Origin: Longimicrobiales bacterium | Lineage (GTDB): Bacteria > Gemmatimonadota > Gemmatimonadetes > Longimicrobiales > Gaopeijiaceae | DNA: 64,000 nt | Reading direction: 5' to 3' | NCBI GenBank assembly: GCA_965116905.1 | Contig: OZ220732.1 | Location: 3,584,001 to 3,648,000, forward strand | Shown here: piece by piece, positions 9,047 through 17,945 of the stretch | Layout of the letters: each line of letters begins with the position of its first letter | Numbering within the stretch: the first letter of the stretch is position 1 | Position numbers and translations under genes: made by a program | The notes under the pieces: generated by a model | The model's database searches: none | Told to the model about the DNA's origin: nothing | The model's input: the letters and a program-made list of their open reading frames with translations, nothing else

Positions 9047-9194
9047 GTCATCTTTGCGGCGCGACGCGGGGCTCGCCGGACATGGTCCGCCGGACACTCG
9101 GTCCGCCGCAGGAGTTGGCACCTTTGCGGGAATGCCACTTCCCGCAGGTTGCCCCGGCTTCACAGGGCCTGTCCCTCAGCCGGTCTCGATGAAT
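9047..9194 (-). ncRNA. SAM-I riboswitch
   Basis: Minus strand reads TTCATCGAGA-CCGGCTGAGGGACAGGCCCTGTGAAGCC-GGGGCAACC...GGTGCCAACTCCTGC...GCAAAGATGA, directly upstream of metX. Confidence 0.92.
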
Positions 9195-9232
9195 TGTCGT
9201 TGAACGATAGCTACAACGGTTTGCGCCGGACG

Positions 9233-10069
9233 TCAAGCACTTTCGCGGGCATTGGGCCGCGGATACGACCCCAGGACCCTGAACAGGGCGGCGCGATTCC
9301 GCACGCCGCGCAGCGCCTCCCGGACGACCACGTCCTTGCGATGGCCTTCGATGTCGATCAGGAAGACGTAGCGGCCAAGGCTCCGCTTGTCGGGGCGCGA
9401 CTCGACCTTGAGCATGTTGATTCCGCGGCTGGCGAGCTCGCCGAGGGTGGCGTGGAGGGTCCCGGCCGCGTCTTCCGTGAAGTCGAGGCAGAGGGAGGTC
9501 TTGTCACGGCCCGTCCTCTCCGCGTCGCTGCGGGCGAGCACCACGAAGCGCGTCTTGTTGTTCGCGGAGTCCTCGATGTTGTGGTCGAAGATCTTCGCGC
9601 CGAAGATCTCCGCCGCGCGCCGGCTGGTGATCGCGGCGGCCGGAAGGGTGCTCGACCCCATGTCCTTGACGGCGCCCGCCGTGCTCAGGGACGCCAAGGG
9701 CTCGGCCTTGGGAAGGTACTCGGCGAGGTAGCCGCGGCACTGCGCCAGCGCCTGCGGATGCGAATACACCACGCGTACCAGGGGGAGCGCGAAGCCGGTC
9801 TGGATCAGGAGGCAGTGGTGGATGGGCAGCACGATCTCCCTTCGGATAAGAAGATCCGTGCTGTGGATGAGCAGGTCTGCGGTGTGCGTGACGGAGCCCT
9901 CCAGGCTGTTCTCGATCGGCACGACAGCCTGCTCGGCCGCGCCCTCCTCCACTGCCCGGATCACGGCCGCAATGGTACCGAACGGCACGAGTTGCGAGGC
10001 ATCGCTCGCGTGTTCGAGGGCCGCCTCTTCGCTGTACGTCCCGCGCGGACCCAGAAACGCCACACTCAT
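9233..10069 (-). CDS. pheA: Prephenate dehydratase
   Basis: AFLGPRGTYSEEA, VPIENSLEGSV, SHPQALAQC, NKTRF, and an ACT domain with ESRP. Confidence 0.95.
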   Translation of the reverse strand: MSVAFLGPRGTYSEEAALEHASDASQLVPFGTIAAVIRAVEEGAAEQAVVPIENSLEGSVTHTADLLIHSTDLLIRREIVLPIHHCLLIQTGFALPLVRVVYSHPQALAQCRGYLAEYLPKAEPLASLSTAGAVKDMGSSTLPAAAITSRRAAEIFGAKIFDHNIEDSANNKTRFVVLARSDAERTGRDKTSLCLDFTEDAAGTLHATLGELASRGINMLKVESRPDKRSLGRYVFLIDIEGHRKDVVVREALRGVRNRAALFRVLGSYPRPNARESA

Positions 10070-10088
10070 AAGTGGGAATATAACGCAC

Positions 10089-13000
10089 CTATCGCACTTC
10101 CCCGATGGTCACCAGGTATGGTGTGACGGCGCTGCCCCCTTCCACCACCAACGCCAGGTACGGCTCCCGCCCGGCGGCGTGGGCCGCCAGCGCCGTCCAG
10201 GCGTGCGCGGTAGTGGTCCAGCGCGCATCCGGCGCGCGTTCCTGGGGCATGTCAATGGCGCTGACGGTCCCATAGGCCGGGTTGAACACGACGTCGAGGT
10301 ACCGGTAGGCCACCTCACCCGGCACGCTGGCCGCATCCACGACCACCTTCCACATCCCGGCGGCCGGGTCGTGCACGACCACCGATTCGTCGCCCACGGG
10401 ATCGCCGTCGGTGCGGACGCCGGTGCACTCGTCGCCCGTGCAGTCGAACACGTAGACGTCGAGGTCGGCGCCGGCGGCCCCGCCCGCCGCGGCGTCCGCG
10501 CTCTCCACCTCGGTGCGCACCATCAGCGCCGACGACCCGGGCAGCACCTCGATCTCGTAGACCTGCTGGCCCAGGGGCGCGATCGTGCCGGACACGCGGC
10601 GCGCGCTTCCCACCGGCGTGTTGACCGCGCCGCCCGTGAAGGACGCCATGCGGTTCGTGATCCACACCTGGTGCGTCCCGGTGCCGGCCGCCGCCGCGAC
10701 CGCCGGGCCCCCATTGTCAGCGGCCATGTCCGCGGCAACGACCTCGACATCGGCCGCGAGCGCCGACACGGTGAGCGTTGCGGCCGTGGGCGGCACGGGT
10801 TCGTGCTCCTTCGCCTGCTCCCAGTCGAAGGTGCGCGTGTCGGCGATGTCGCCCAGCCGCACCTCCCAGGTGCCCGCCACCGGGTTCGCCACCACCTGCG
10901 TGATGCCCCCGGCGTTGTTGCGGACCATCTCGCCGCGCTGGCCGCGGGTGTCGGGACGGAAGACGCCCAGGGTGACGGGGCGGTCCTCCCACGCGACGTC
11001 GATCTTGAGCGCCCGCGTGCCCTCGGGCACGTCGAAGAAGTAGCTCTTGAGCCCCGGACGCGGGACTTCCGCCTCCTGTGTGGCGGTGTACCCGTTGGCC
11101 GCGTTCAGGGGCTCGGGCGCCACAATGGCCGTATGCAACCGATGCGCGTACCCGGCCACGTCGTCGTGGTGCAGCGTCAGGTGCGCGGTGTGCACCCCGT
11201 GCCCCGCCGGTGTGACGGTCACGGGAAAGTCGACCGGCGTGTTGAGCGGCAGCGTGACGGTCAGCGGCGAGGAGTAGGTGCCGTGGTCGTTGCCGGCCCA
11301 GGTGACGTCGAAGGTCATGTTGCCGGAGGGACCGGACGTGCGCGTGAAGGTCACCGTGCGTTCGCCGCGCTCGCCCGCCTTCCAGCCGCTCCGCTCGTAG
11401 AGGCCGAAGCCCACGTGGGGGGTCGGGAGGAGGTGGCTGTACGGCGTGACCACCGAGGAGCGCGCCTCGATGTCGACGGCCAGCGCGCCCGACTCGAGCT
11501 GCTGCAGGATGTCCCACGCGCCGGCGACGCTCACCACGCCGTTGCCCTGCTTGTACGCCGCGATGTTGGGCACCCAGCGCGCGCCCCGGGTGATCGCGTA
11601 CTTGAGCCGGTAGGGGTCGATGGGAATGCCCGCCTGCCGCGCCGCGCTGATCAGGAGCGCGCCGGCTCCGGTGGCGGTGGGCGTGGCCGTCGAGGTGCCG
11701 CCGGCAATCGTGTAGCCGGGGGGCAGCTGGAAGAGGCCGGCCATCGCGCGTCCCTCGATGAACCCCAGCCAGGTGCTGACGTAGTTGGAGGGCGAGATGA
11801 CGTCGGGCTTGAGGGTGCCGTCGCCCATGGGCCCGTAGCCGCCGGTGATGAGCAGGTTGTCGTCGTGCTCGACGCGCACGCCGTGGTTCATGAAGAAGTT
11901 GTCCTTGCTCTCGTGGCCGCCGATGCCGATGACGCCCCGTCCCATCACGATGTCGTCGATCGCGCCGAGGATGGGGAAGTTGTGGGTGGGCGAGAAGATG
12001 GAGACTCCGTACCGTTCCACGAGCCGGTCGCCGATCACCGAGGGGACAAGCCGGCCGTCGCGCAGCAGGTAGTTGCGCGTGATGTTCGAACTCTGCTCGA
12101 AGTAGATGAGGTCGGCGTCCGCGTCCCGCGCGGCGACGATCGTGGCCTCGGTCTGCCCGTACGCCGATCCGCCCTCGCCGACGCTGGCGAGCTGCGCCCC
12201 GGGGGCGACCCCCTCGAAGCGCCCGCTCTCGCCCCGGCTGGCCAGGATCGCGCCGACCACCAGGGTCCCGTGCGACGCAATCCCCAGGTTGAGCGCGACC
12301 CGGCCCTTGTCACGGTCGATCTGGATCCCGAAACCGACCGATTCGCGCACCGGGGTGTCCGGGTCGTCAGTGCCGAAGACGCCGAACACGGGCCTCTCGT
12401 CGTACTCGCCCAGCGTGGTCTCGTCGGTGAAGTCGAGGTCCTGGTCCGTGTCGACCCAGACATCGCCCGCGCCCTCGTCCCAGAGCACCGCGAAGAGGCG
12501 GCTCGACCCCTCCGGATTGCCGTCCCGGTTGATGTCGCGCTCCAGACTGGAGCCGTACACGCCCATCGTGTCCGCCCTGACCTCGTCGAACAGCGCGATC
12601 CGGAAGAGGCCGTCGCGCGGGGCCGTGTACGAAGAATCGCGGTAGACGAAGGAGCCGCCGCTCGCCTCGACCATGTCGTCCATGTCCACCCACCAGCCAT
12701 TGTCCTCGATCTCGGGGTCGAGGACGTTCCGGTAGACCGCGATCTTGGGGATTTCCGAGCCGTCCATCGCACGCGCGGTTTGCAACTCGGGCAGGAGCAT
12801 GTCCGGCAGCATGTCGATCATGGCGACCACCACGCCCCGTCCGTCCCACGTCGGGTTCTCCTCCCGGAACTCGAGCGCGCGCATGTCGCCCAGCGGGCTG
12901 TAGCGGTTGCTGAGCGGCTGGTCGCCGAGGACGGGCGGCCAGACGGTGTCGGCAGGCAGCGCGGGAGCTTCCGCCTCTCCACCGGCCAGCCCGAACGAAC

Positions 13001-13382
13001 GCGGGCGTCTTGTGATCGACACGTCCACGCTGTGCACGTCGCCAAGCGCAACCACTTCCTCCACGCGGTCCACCGGGACCCACGCGCGGAGGTAGTCGAC
13101 CTCGTCGGCCCGGAATCCCACGCGCCCACCCATCCCTTCGACCGCCGCCGCCACCCGCGCGTTGCGCCCCGGCATCGAGGCGATCACCAGCACGACTTCG
13201 CTCTCGCCGCGGGCCCGCGCCTGCGCAAGTTCGCCGCGCGCGTCCTTGAACAGGTAGGGGCGCCGTTCAGGCTGGGCCGCGGCGGGGGACGGCAGGGCCG
13301 CGACGGCGACGGCCGCGACGGCGACGGCCGCGAGTGGGATGATCAGGAGAAGACGGGCGGAAACTGCGGCCTTGGGTCGCAT
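10089..13382 (-). CDS. Secreted S8 (subtilisin/TPP-II-like) serine peptidase
   Basis: Signal peptide; GRGVVVAMID, HGTLV and GGTSTATP triad motifs; LKPDVISP; C-terminal beta domains. Confidence 0.8.
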   Translation of the reverse strand: MRPKAAVSARLLLIIPLAAVAVAAVAVAALPSPAAAQPERRPYLFKDARGELAQARARGESEVVLVIASMPGRNARVAAAVEGMGGRVGFRADEVDYLRAWVPVDRVEEVVALGDVHSVDVSITRRPRSFGLAGGEAEAPALPADTVWPPVLGDQPLSNRYSPLGDMRALEFREENPTWDGRGVVVAMIDMLPDMLLPELQTARAMDGSEIPKIAVYRNVLDPEIEDNGWWVDMDDMVEASGGSFVYRDSSYTAPRDGLFRIALFDEVRADTMGVYGSSLERDINRDGNPEGSSRLFAVLWDEGAGDVWVDTDQDLDFTDETTLGEYDERPVFGVFGTDDPDTPVRESVGFGIQIDRDKGRVALNLGIASHGTLVVGAILASRGESGRFEGVAPGAQLASVGEGGSAYGQTEATIVAARDADADLIYFEQSSNITRNYLLRDGRLVPSVIGDRLVERYGVSIFSPTHNFPILGAIDDIVMGRGVIGIGGHESKDNFFMNHGVRVEHDDNLLITGGYGPMGDGTLKPDVISPSNYVSTWLGFIEGRAMAGLFQLPPGYTIAGGTSTATPTATGAGALLISAARQAGIPIDPYRLKYAITRGARWVPNIAAYKQGNGVVSVAGAWDILQQLESGALAVDIEARSSVVTPYSHLLPTPHVGFGLYERSGWKAGERGERTVTFTRTSGPSGNMTFDVTWAGNDHGTYSSPLTVTLPLNTPVDFPVTVTPAGHGVHTAHLTLHHDDVAGYAHRLHTAIVAPEPLNAANGYTATQEAEVPRPGLKSYFFDVPEGTRALKIDVAWEDRPVTLGVFRPDTRGQRGEMVRNNAGGITQVVANPVAGTWEVRLGDIADTRTFDWEQAKEHEPVPPTAATLTVSALAADVEVVAADMAADNGGPAVAAAAGTGTHQVWITNRMASFTGGAVNTPVGSARRVSGTIAPLGQQVYEIEVLPGSSALMVRTEVESADAAAGGAAGADLDVYVFDCTGDECTGVRTDGDPVGDESVVVHDPAAGMWKVVVDAASVPGEVAYRYLDVVFNPAYGTVSAIDMPQERAPDARWTTTAHAWTALAAHAAGREPYLALVVEGGSAVTPYLVTIGEVR

Positions 13383-13397
13383 GATGGCACTCCGGGA

Positions 13398-15158
13398 TCA
13401 AGGCGTCGGGACGGTATGCACACTGCGCTCCACGCGCAGGCTCAGGATGTCGGCGTCGTGGTACTTCTGGTGGCGCACGGAGGTCGCGAGGTGACGGAGG
13501 AGCCGCAATGAGAAGTCGTGTTCCGTGGGAACCTCGACCGAGTGTTCTCCGACCAGCGCCATGCGGTCCTCGATGTTCCCTTCTCCCGACGCGGCGAGGA
13601 ACTCCAGCTCCGCCGCCCCGGGAACCGAGCGCACGCTGAGGCGCAGGCGCCTCCCCTCGCCCCCATCGTCGCCCTCCTCCCCCAATAGACTCAGCAGTCC
13701 TTCTTCGGCCGCGAGCGCGACCCGTCCGGCCATTGCGTCGTCCCAGCCCGCGCGCTTCGCGAAGCTGGCCAGGAACGCCTGGATCTCGGGGACGGCATTG
13801 ACGCCGAGGTCGGTGACGAGCCGTTTGCGCCGCGGCCCGGAGAACTCGACGAACGCCGCCAGCAGGAGCGCGACAAGGCCGCCGGAGGTCATCCCGTTGC
13901 CCAGCATTTCGGCGAAGAAGGGGCTCATCTGGCTGGTGAAGAGGCCGCCGGACTGGAAGCCCGAGCCGATCCAGAACGAAACGCCCACGATCGCGGCCTT
14001 GCGGTAGTTCATTCCGTCGCCGACGACAATGCGCATGCCCAGCACGAAGAGGATGGCGATCAGCACCAGCCCGTAGGCGCCGATGACCGCGTTCGGGATC
14101 GAAAGGACGACGGCCACGAACTTCGGGAGGAAGGCCAGCGCCATGAACCCGACTCCGATGCAGATGCCCACCCGCCGGGCGGCGACGCCGGTGATCTCGA
14201 CAATCGAAACGCTGCTCGAATACGTGGTATTGGGCACGGTGGCAAGCAGTCCCGACAGGAAATTGCCCAGCCCGTCGGCCATGACCGCGCCCTGAACCCC
14301 GCGGAAGTCCGTGGCCCGGCCGTCGCGCCACGAGACGCGCTGCACGGCCACCGCGTCGCCCACGGTCTCGATGGCCCCGACCAGGGTGACGAACACGAAG
14401 GCGGGGAGCAGCGCCCAGAAGGTCGGGCCGAAGCTGAAGTCGAAGCCGGGCCAGCCGGCCACGGGCAGGCCGGCCCACGGGGCCGCGGCCACCTGTTCCC
14501 AGGAGAACAGGTCGTAGTAGCCGGCGACGATGCATCCGGAGACGATGCCGATCACGGGACCCCAGAGCCGCATCGCGCCGCCGGCTCGGAGGATGATGAC
14601 CATCGTGATGGCGAGCGTTGCGACCGCCGTGACCGGGCCGGCCGCGGGCGCCACGCCCGGGGGCACCTGCTCGATCAGGTCCAGCAGGAGCGGCATGACC
14701 GTGACCGCGATCAGCATGATCACGGTTCCGGCAACCGTCGGCGTGATGATGCGACGGAGCAGGGCAAGCCGCGACGCGAGCAGGAACTGGAAGAGCGCCG
14801 ACGCCGCGACCAGGCTCGCCAGCATCCCGGGTCCTCCGCGCGCGAGAGCCGTGACCGCCACCGCGATGAACGCCCCCGACGTGCCCATCAGCAGGATGTA
14901 GCCCGAGCCGAACCGCCAGACCCGCCTGGCCTGCACCATGGTGGTGATGCCGCTGACGAGCAGCGCCGCGCACGCCGCCCACGACAGGAACAGTTCGCTC
15001 TCGCCGGCGGTGCGGACCACGATCGCGATCGTGATGACGATCGGTCCGAGCGTGAGGATGCAGTACTGCAGCGCCAGTCCGATCGAAACGGGAAACGCGG
15101 GCCTCTCGTCGGGCTCGAAACGGACGCTGGTGCCGGCCTGGGTCGGCGGAGGGGACAT
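13398..15158 (-). CDS. NCS2 (xanthine/uracil) permease with a C-terminal RsbW/HATPase-like domain
   Basis: About 12-14 TM segments with TPTVAGTVI, IETVGD and ADGLGN motifs; soluble ~150-aa C-terminal extension. Confidence 0.8.
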   Translation of the reverse strand: MSPPPTQAGTSVRFEPDERPAFPVSIGLALQYCILTLGPIVITIAIVVRTAGESELFLSWAACAALLVSGITTMVQARRVWRFGSGYILLMGTSGAFIAVAVTALARGGPGMLASLVAASALFQFLLASRLALLRRIITPTVAGTVIMLIAVTVMPLLLDLIEQVPPGVAPAAGPVTAVATLAITMVIILRAGGAMRLWGPVIGIVSGCIVAGYYDLFSWEQVAAAPWAGLPVAGWPGFDFSFGPTFWALLPAFVFVTLVGAIETVGDAVAVQRVSWRDGRATDFRGVQGAVMADGLGNFLSGLLATVPNTTYSSSVSIVEITGVAARRVGICIGVGFMALAFLPKFVAVVLSIPNAVIGAYGLVLIAILFVLGMRIVVGDGMNYRKAAIVGVSFWIGSGFQSGGLFTSQMSPFFAEMLGNGMTSGGLVALLLAAFVEFSGPRRKRLVTDLGVNAVPEIQAFLASFAKRAGWDDAMAGRVALAAEEGLLSLLGEEGDDGGEGRRLRLSVRSVPGAAELEFLAASGEGNIEDRMALVGEHSVEVPTEHDFSLRLLRHLATSVRHQKYHDADILSLRVERSVHTVPTP

Positions 15159-15353
15159 GGGGATCTCGCGGCGTCGGGATGCGGGTGTGTAGAGGCAAGT
15201 ATCGGGAACGCCGCGCACCGGCGCAATGAAGCAGGCGCCTTGGGTCGCGGCCACCTTGCGGCCCTGTGGGCGGAGACCGAACCTTGGAGCTGACTGCGGG
15301 CGTGGCGGGGCCCCGGCCGCACAGCCACAGGACACACCCCTGGAGGGACTGCC

Positions 15354-15974
15354 ATGAGATCGAATCAAGACACGTTGCGACAGCCGCTGTTCGCCGCCCT
15401 GCTGGCCCTGACGGTCGCGTGCACGGTGCCGGAGCAAGCCGGCGACGGGGCTTCCGCGGCCGCCGAATCCGTGGCGGCCATGGAAGTGGAGATGCCGCCC
15501 ACGCCGATGGCCGACCCCGCCGACGTGGAGTCGGTGGAAGCGATCGTGACCGCCGTGTACGAGTCCATTTCGGGCAATGCCGGCGTGCCGCGGGACTGGG
15601 ACCGCTTCCGCTCCCTCTTCCTGCCGGGCGCGCGCCTGATGCCCGTGGCCACCGAACACCTGGAGAACGGCCGCCGGAGCTCGATCAATTCGGTGTCCCC
15701 GGAGGAGTTCGCGGAAGGGTCCGACGGGTTCTTCGAGGAGCAGGGCTTCTTCGAGGTCGAGATCGGCCACGTCACCGAGACCTACGGCGACATCGCGCAC
15801 CGCTTCAGCAGCTACGCGTCCATGCGCACCGACGACCCCAACGAGGAGCCCTTCAACCGCGGCATCAACTCGTTCCAGCTCCTGCACGACGGCGAGCGCT
15901 GGTGGATCCTCACCATCTTCTGGCAGCACGAGCCGGACGCGGGTCCGATCCCCGACCGGTATCTGGACGGCTAG
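15354..15974 (+). CDS. Hypothetical lipoprotein, NTF2/SnoaL-like fold
   Basis: Lipobox LTVAC; RDWDRFRSLF...RGINSFQL...RWWI; GGAGG RBS. Confidence 0.7.
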   Translation: MRSNQDTLRQPLFAALLALTVACTVPEQAGDGASAAAESVAAMEVEMPPTPMADPADVESVEAIVTAVYESISGNAGVPRDWDRFRSLFLPGARLMPVATEHLENGRRSSINSVSPEEFAEGSDGFFEEQGFFEVEIGHVTETYGDIAHRFSSYASMRTDDPNEEPFNRGINSFQLLHDGERWWILTIFWQHEPDAGPIPDRYLDG

Positions 15975-16017
15975 CGGAGACCGCTCGGCACTCCGGTCCC
16001 GCCACGAGCTGTCCGGC

Positions 16018-16059
16018 TGCCGGTCTACGTCAGTATGCCGGTCTACGTCAGTACGCCGG
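16018..16059. repeat. 18-bp tandem duplication spanning the DUF1684 stop codon
   Basis: tgccggtctacgtcagta x2 plus a partial third copy. Confidence 0.85.
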
Positions 16060-17031
16060 CTCCGCCGGACGCTTCTCGCCCGCGGTGACGGCGACTTCCA
16101 GCCGGTTCTCACGCGGCGGCAGACTGCACACCGAGAAGGGGGTGAAGACGCAGGGCGGGTTGTAGGCGCGGTTGAAGTCGATGACCGTCCAGCCGTCGTC
16201 GTTTGCGAGGGGGACGCGCATGTAGCGGCCGCCCTGGTAGGTGTCCGAGACGGCGGTGGAGTCCCACAGCGAGACGAAGTAGGTGCGGCTGGTGACGCGC
16301 GCGAAGGCGACGAGGCGGTGCTCGCGGCCGCCCACTTCGAAGACCAGCTCGCCGGGCGACTCGTTCTCGACGGTGCCGCCGCGCACGTCCGCGAGGGGGA
16401 CGATGCGGGGCTCGGGGTAGGGGTCGAACCGGGCCGGGAGCCGCCAGTCTGTGCTCACCGGGAAATAGTCGGGGAGCTCGAAGGCGGCGAGGCGGGGTGC
16501 GTCGCGGTCCCAGATGCGCAGCCAGAGGCGGTCCGTCCCGCGCTCGGAGTGGATGCGCAGGCCGAGGGATCCCAGGGCGAGGATGGTGGTATTCTCTTCG
16601 CGGTCGTTGCGGAGAGGGAGTTCTTCCGTGACGGCCGACGCGCCGTCGAGGGTCAGGCCGCTCTCTGCCTCCGGCACCAGACGCACCTCACCGTTCTCGA
16701 GGTGGAGGACTCCTGCGAAGGGAGGGGAGTCCTCGGGCGGCAGCACGATCGCCAGCGAGGAGTCGGAACCGAAGCGGTTGGCGCCCTCGGCGAGCGCCCA
16801 GAGGCCGGCCCAGCTGATGACGCCGGCAGCCGGGTTCGTGAGGCTGCGGTGGCGGTTCGCGCGCCAGTCGGCGTGTTCCTCCGAGAGGACTTCGGGCGAG
16901 ATGGGGTCGAGGTCGGGATCGGGGCCGGGGTCGGGGTCGCCCGCGCATCCGGCGGTGAGGGCGGTGACGGCGGCGAGGACGGCCAGGACAGGGAAAGCGC
17001 GGATTGTAATGAAGAGTTTACAGTTTGTCAT
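16048..17031 (-). CDS. DUF1684 family lipoprotein
   Basis: TYQGGRY, IDFNRAYNPPC.F..F..C.LPP.EN.L...V.AGE; lipobox LTAGC; start uncertain (17031 or 17055). Confidence 0.85.
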   Translation of the reverse strand: MTNCKLFITIRAFPVLAVLAAVTALTAGCAGDPDPGPDPDLDPISPEVLSEEHADWRANRHRSLTNPAAGVISWAGLWALAEGANRFGSDSSLAIVLPPEDSPPFAGVLHLENGEVRLVPEAESGLTLDGASAVTEELPLRNDREENTTILALGSLGLRIHSERGTDRLWLRIWDRDAPRLAAFELPDYFPVSTDWRLPARFDPYPEPRIVPLADVRGGTVENESPGELVFEVGGREHRLVAFARVTSRTYFVSLWDSTAVSDTYQGGRYMRVPLANDDGWTVIDFNRAYNPPCVFTPFSVCSLPPRENRLEVAVTAGEKRPAEPAY

Positions 17032-17069
17032 GTTTAGTTTCCATTTCGTGGCCATTTGGCTTCGTTATC

Positions 17070-17098
17070 TTGACGTCTTCGGGTCAAGGAGGTATCAT
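17070..17098 (+). promoter_or_regulatory. Sigma70-type promoter for the ncRNA-DUF3800 unit
   Basis: TTGACG (17070-17075), 17-bp spacer, TATCAT (17093-17098). Confidence 0.75.
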
Positions 17099-17102
17099 TA
17101 GC

Positions 17103-17166
17103 CCGAGACGCAGGTCCATTGGACTTGCCCTCTTTCCGAGGCCCGTGCTCCGGCACGGGCTTTCGT
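17103..17166 (+). ncRNA. Putative small structured RNA upstream of DUF3800, ending in an intrinsic terminator
   Basis: Hairpin gcaggtcc-att-ggacttgc (17110-17128); hairpin gcccgtgc-tccg-gcacgggc followed by tttcgtgtt. Confidence 0.55.
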
Positions 17167-17169
17167 GTT
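17139..17169 (+). terminator. Intrinsic terminator between the promoter and the DUF3800 ORF
   Basis: Perfect 8-bp GC stem, 4-nt loop, T-rich tail. Confidence 0.7.
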
Positions 17170-17185
17170 ATCTGGAGATCCGTGC

Positions 17186-17929
17186 TTGACCTACTTCGCC
17201 TATCTCGACGAATTCGGCCACATCGGCCCCTACATTAGCAGGCACGACTCCAAACACAACGACAGCCCGGTCTTCGGCCTGGCGGGCTTCGTCCTGCCTG
17301 CCGAAGCGGTACGAGGTTTCGGCACTTGGTTCTTCCAGCGAAAGTGTCAGCTTCTTGCTTTCGAGATCGAGCGGTCAGGCCAACATCCCGCGCAGTGGGA
17401 AAAGAAGGGCTCGGCGCTCTACACGATCCCGAATGTGACCCGCTACCCTCAACTCAGAGTCTTCACGAACCGCCTCTTCAACAAGATCGAGCGTGTCGGG
17501 GGCTTCGTCTTCTATGTTGGGATCAAGAAGACCAAGTCGCCAGCCGACCACGACCCTAACCGGCTCTACCTGCGGGTCTTCCTGGAGGCAATCAAGCGGA
17601 TCGACGGCTTCTGCGCCGAGGACTGCCTGCCTGTCGCCGACTTTGTTCTGATTCTCGACGAGCACGATCAACGGCTGGCGCTCGTCACTGCAGCCGCGCA
17701 GAGCATGTATGCGAAGACTGATCGGCGCCGACGCCTCATCGAGCCTCCGTTCCATCTGGAGAGCCACCGCTACCAAACACTACAGGCGGCGGACTGGATC
17801 GCCGGGCTGGTCGGTCGTCTCGGGGCAATCTGGGCCGATCCGGCCGCATATCCCGAAAACGAACTGTTCCTTCGGTACTTTGGGCAACGCCTCATTGCGA
17901 TCAGCCGACGCAGCGGCGTTCGAACATGA
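17186..17929 (+). CDS. DUF3800 domain protein
   Basis: AYLDEFG, PVFGLAGF, ILDE and S......Q.ADWIAG motifs; TTG start 8 nt after GGAG; codon usage less GC-biased than neighbours. Confidence 0.85.
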   Translation: MTYFAYLDEFGHIGPYISRHDSKHNDSPVFGLAGFVLPAEAVRGFGTWFFQRKCQLLAFEIERSGQHPAQWEKKGSALYTIPNVTRYPQLRVFTNRLFNKIERVGGFVFYVGIKKTKSPADHDPNRLYLRVFLEAIKRIDGFCAEDCLPVADFVLILDEHDQRLALVTAAAQSMYAKTDRRRRLIEPPFHLESHRYQTLQAADWIAGLVGRLGAIWADPAAYPENELFLRYFGQRLIAISRRSGVRT

Positions 17930-17945
17930 GTTCCGAGGACAGCCG

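Noticed and set aside
9822..13511. 1229-aa plus-strand ORF
   Set aside because: Antisense shadow of the S8 peptidase; high-GC artefact with no recognisable motifs.
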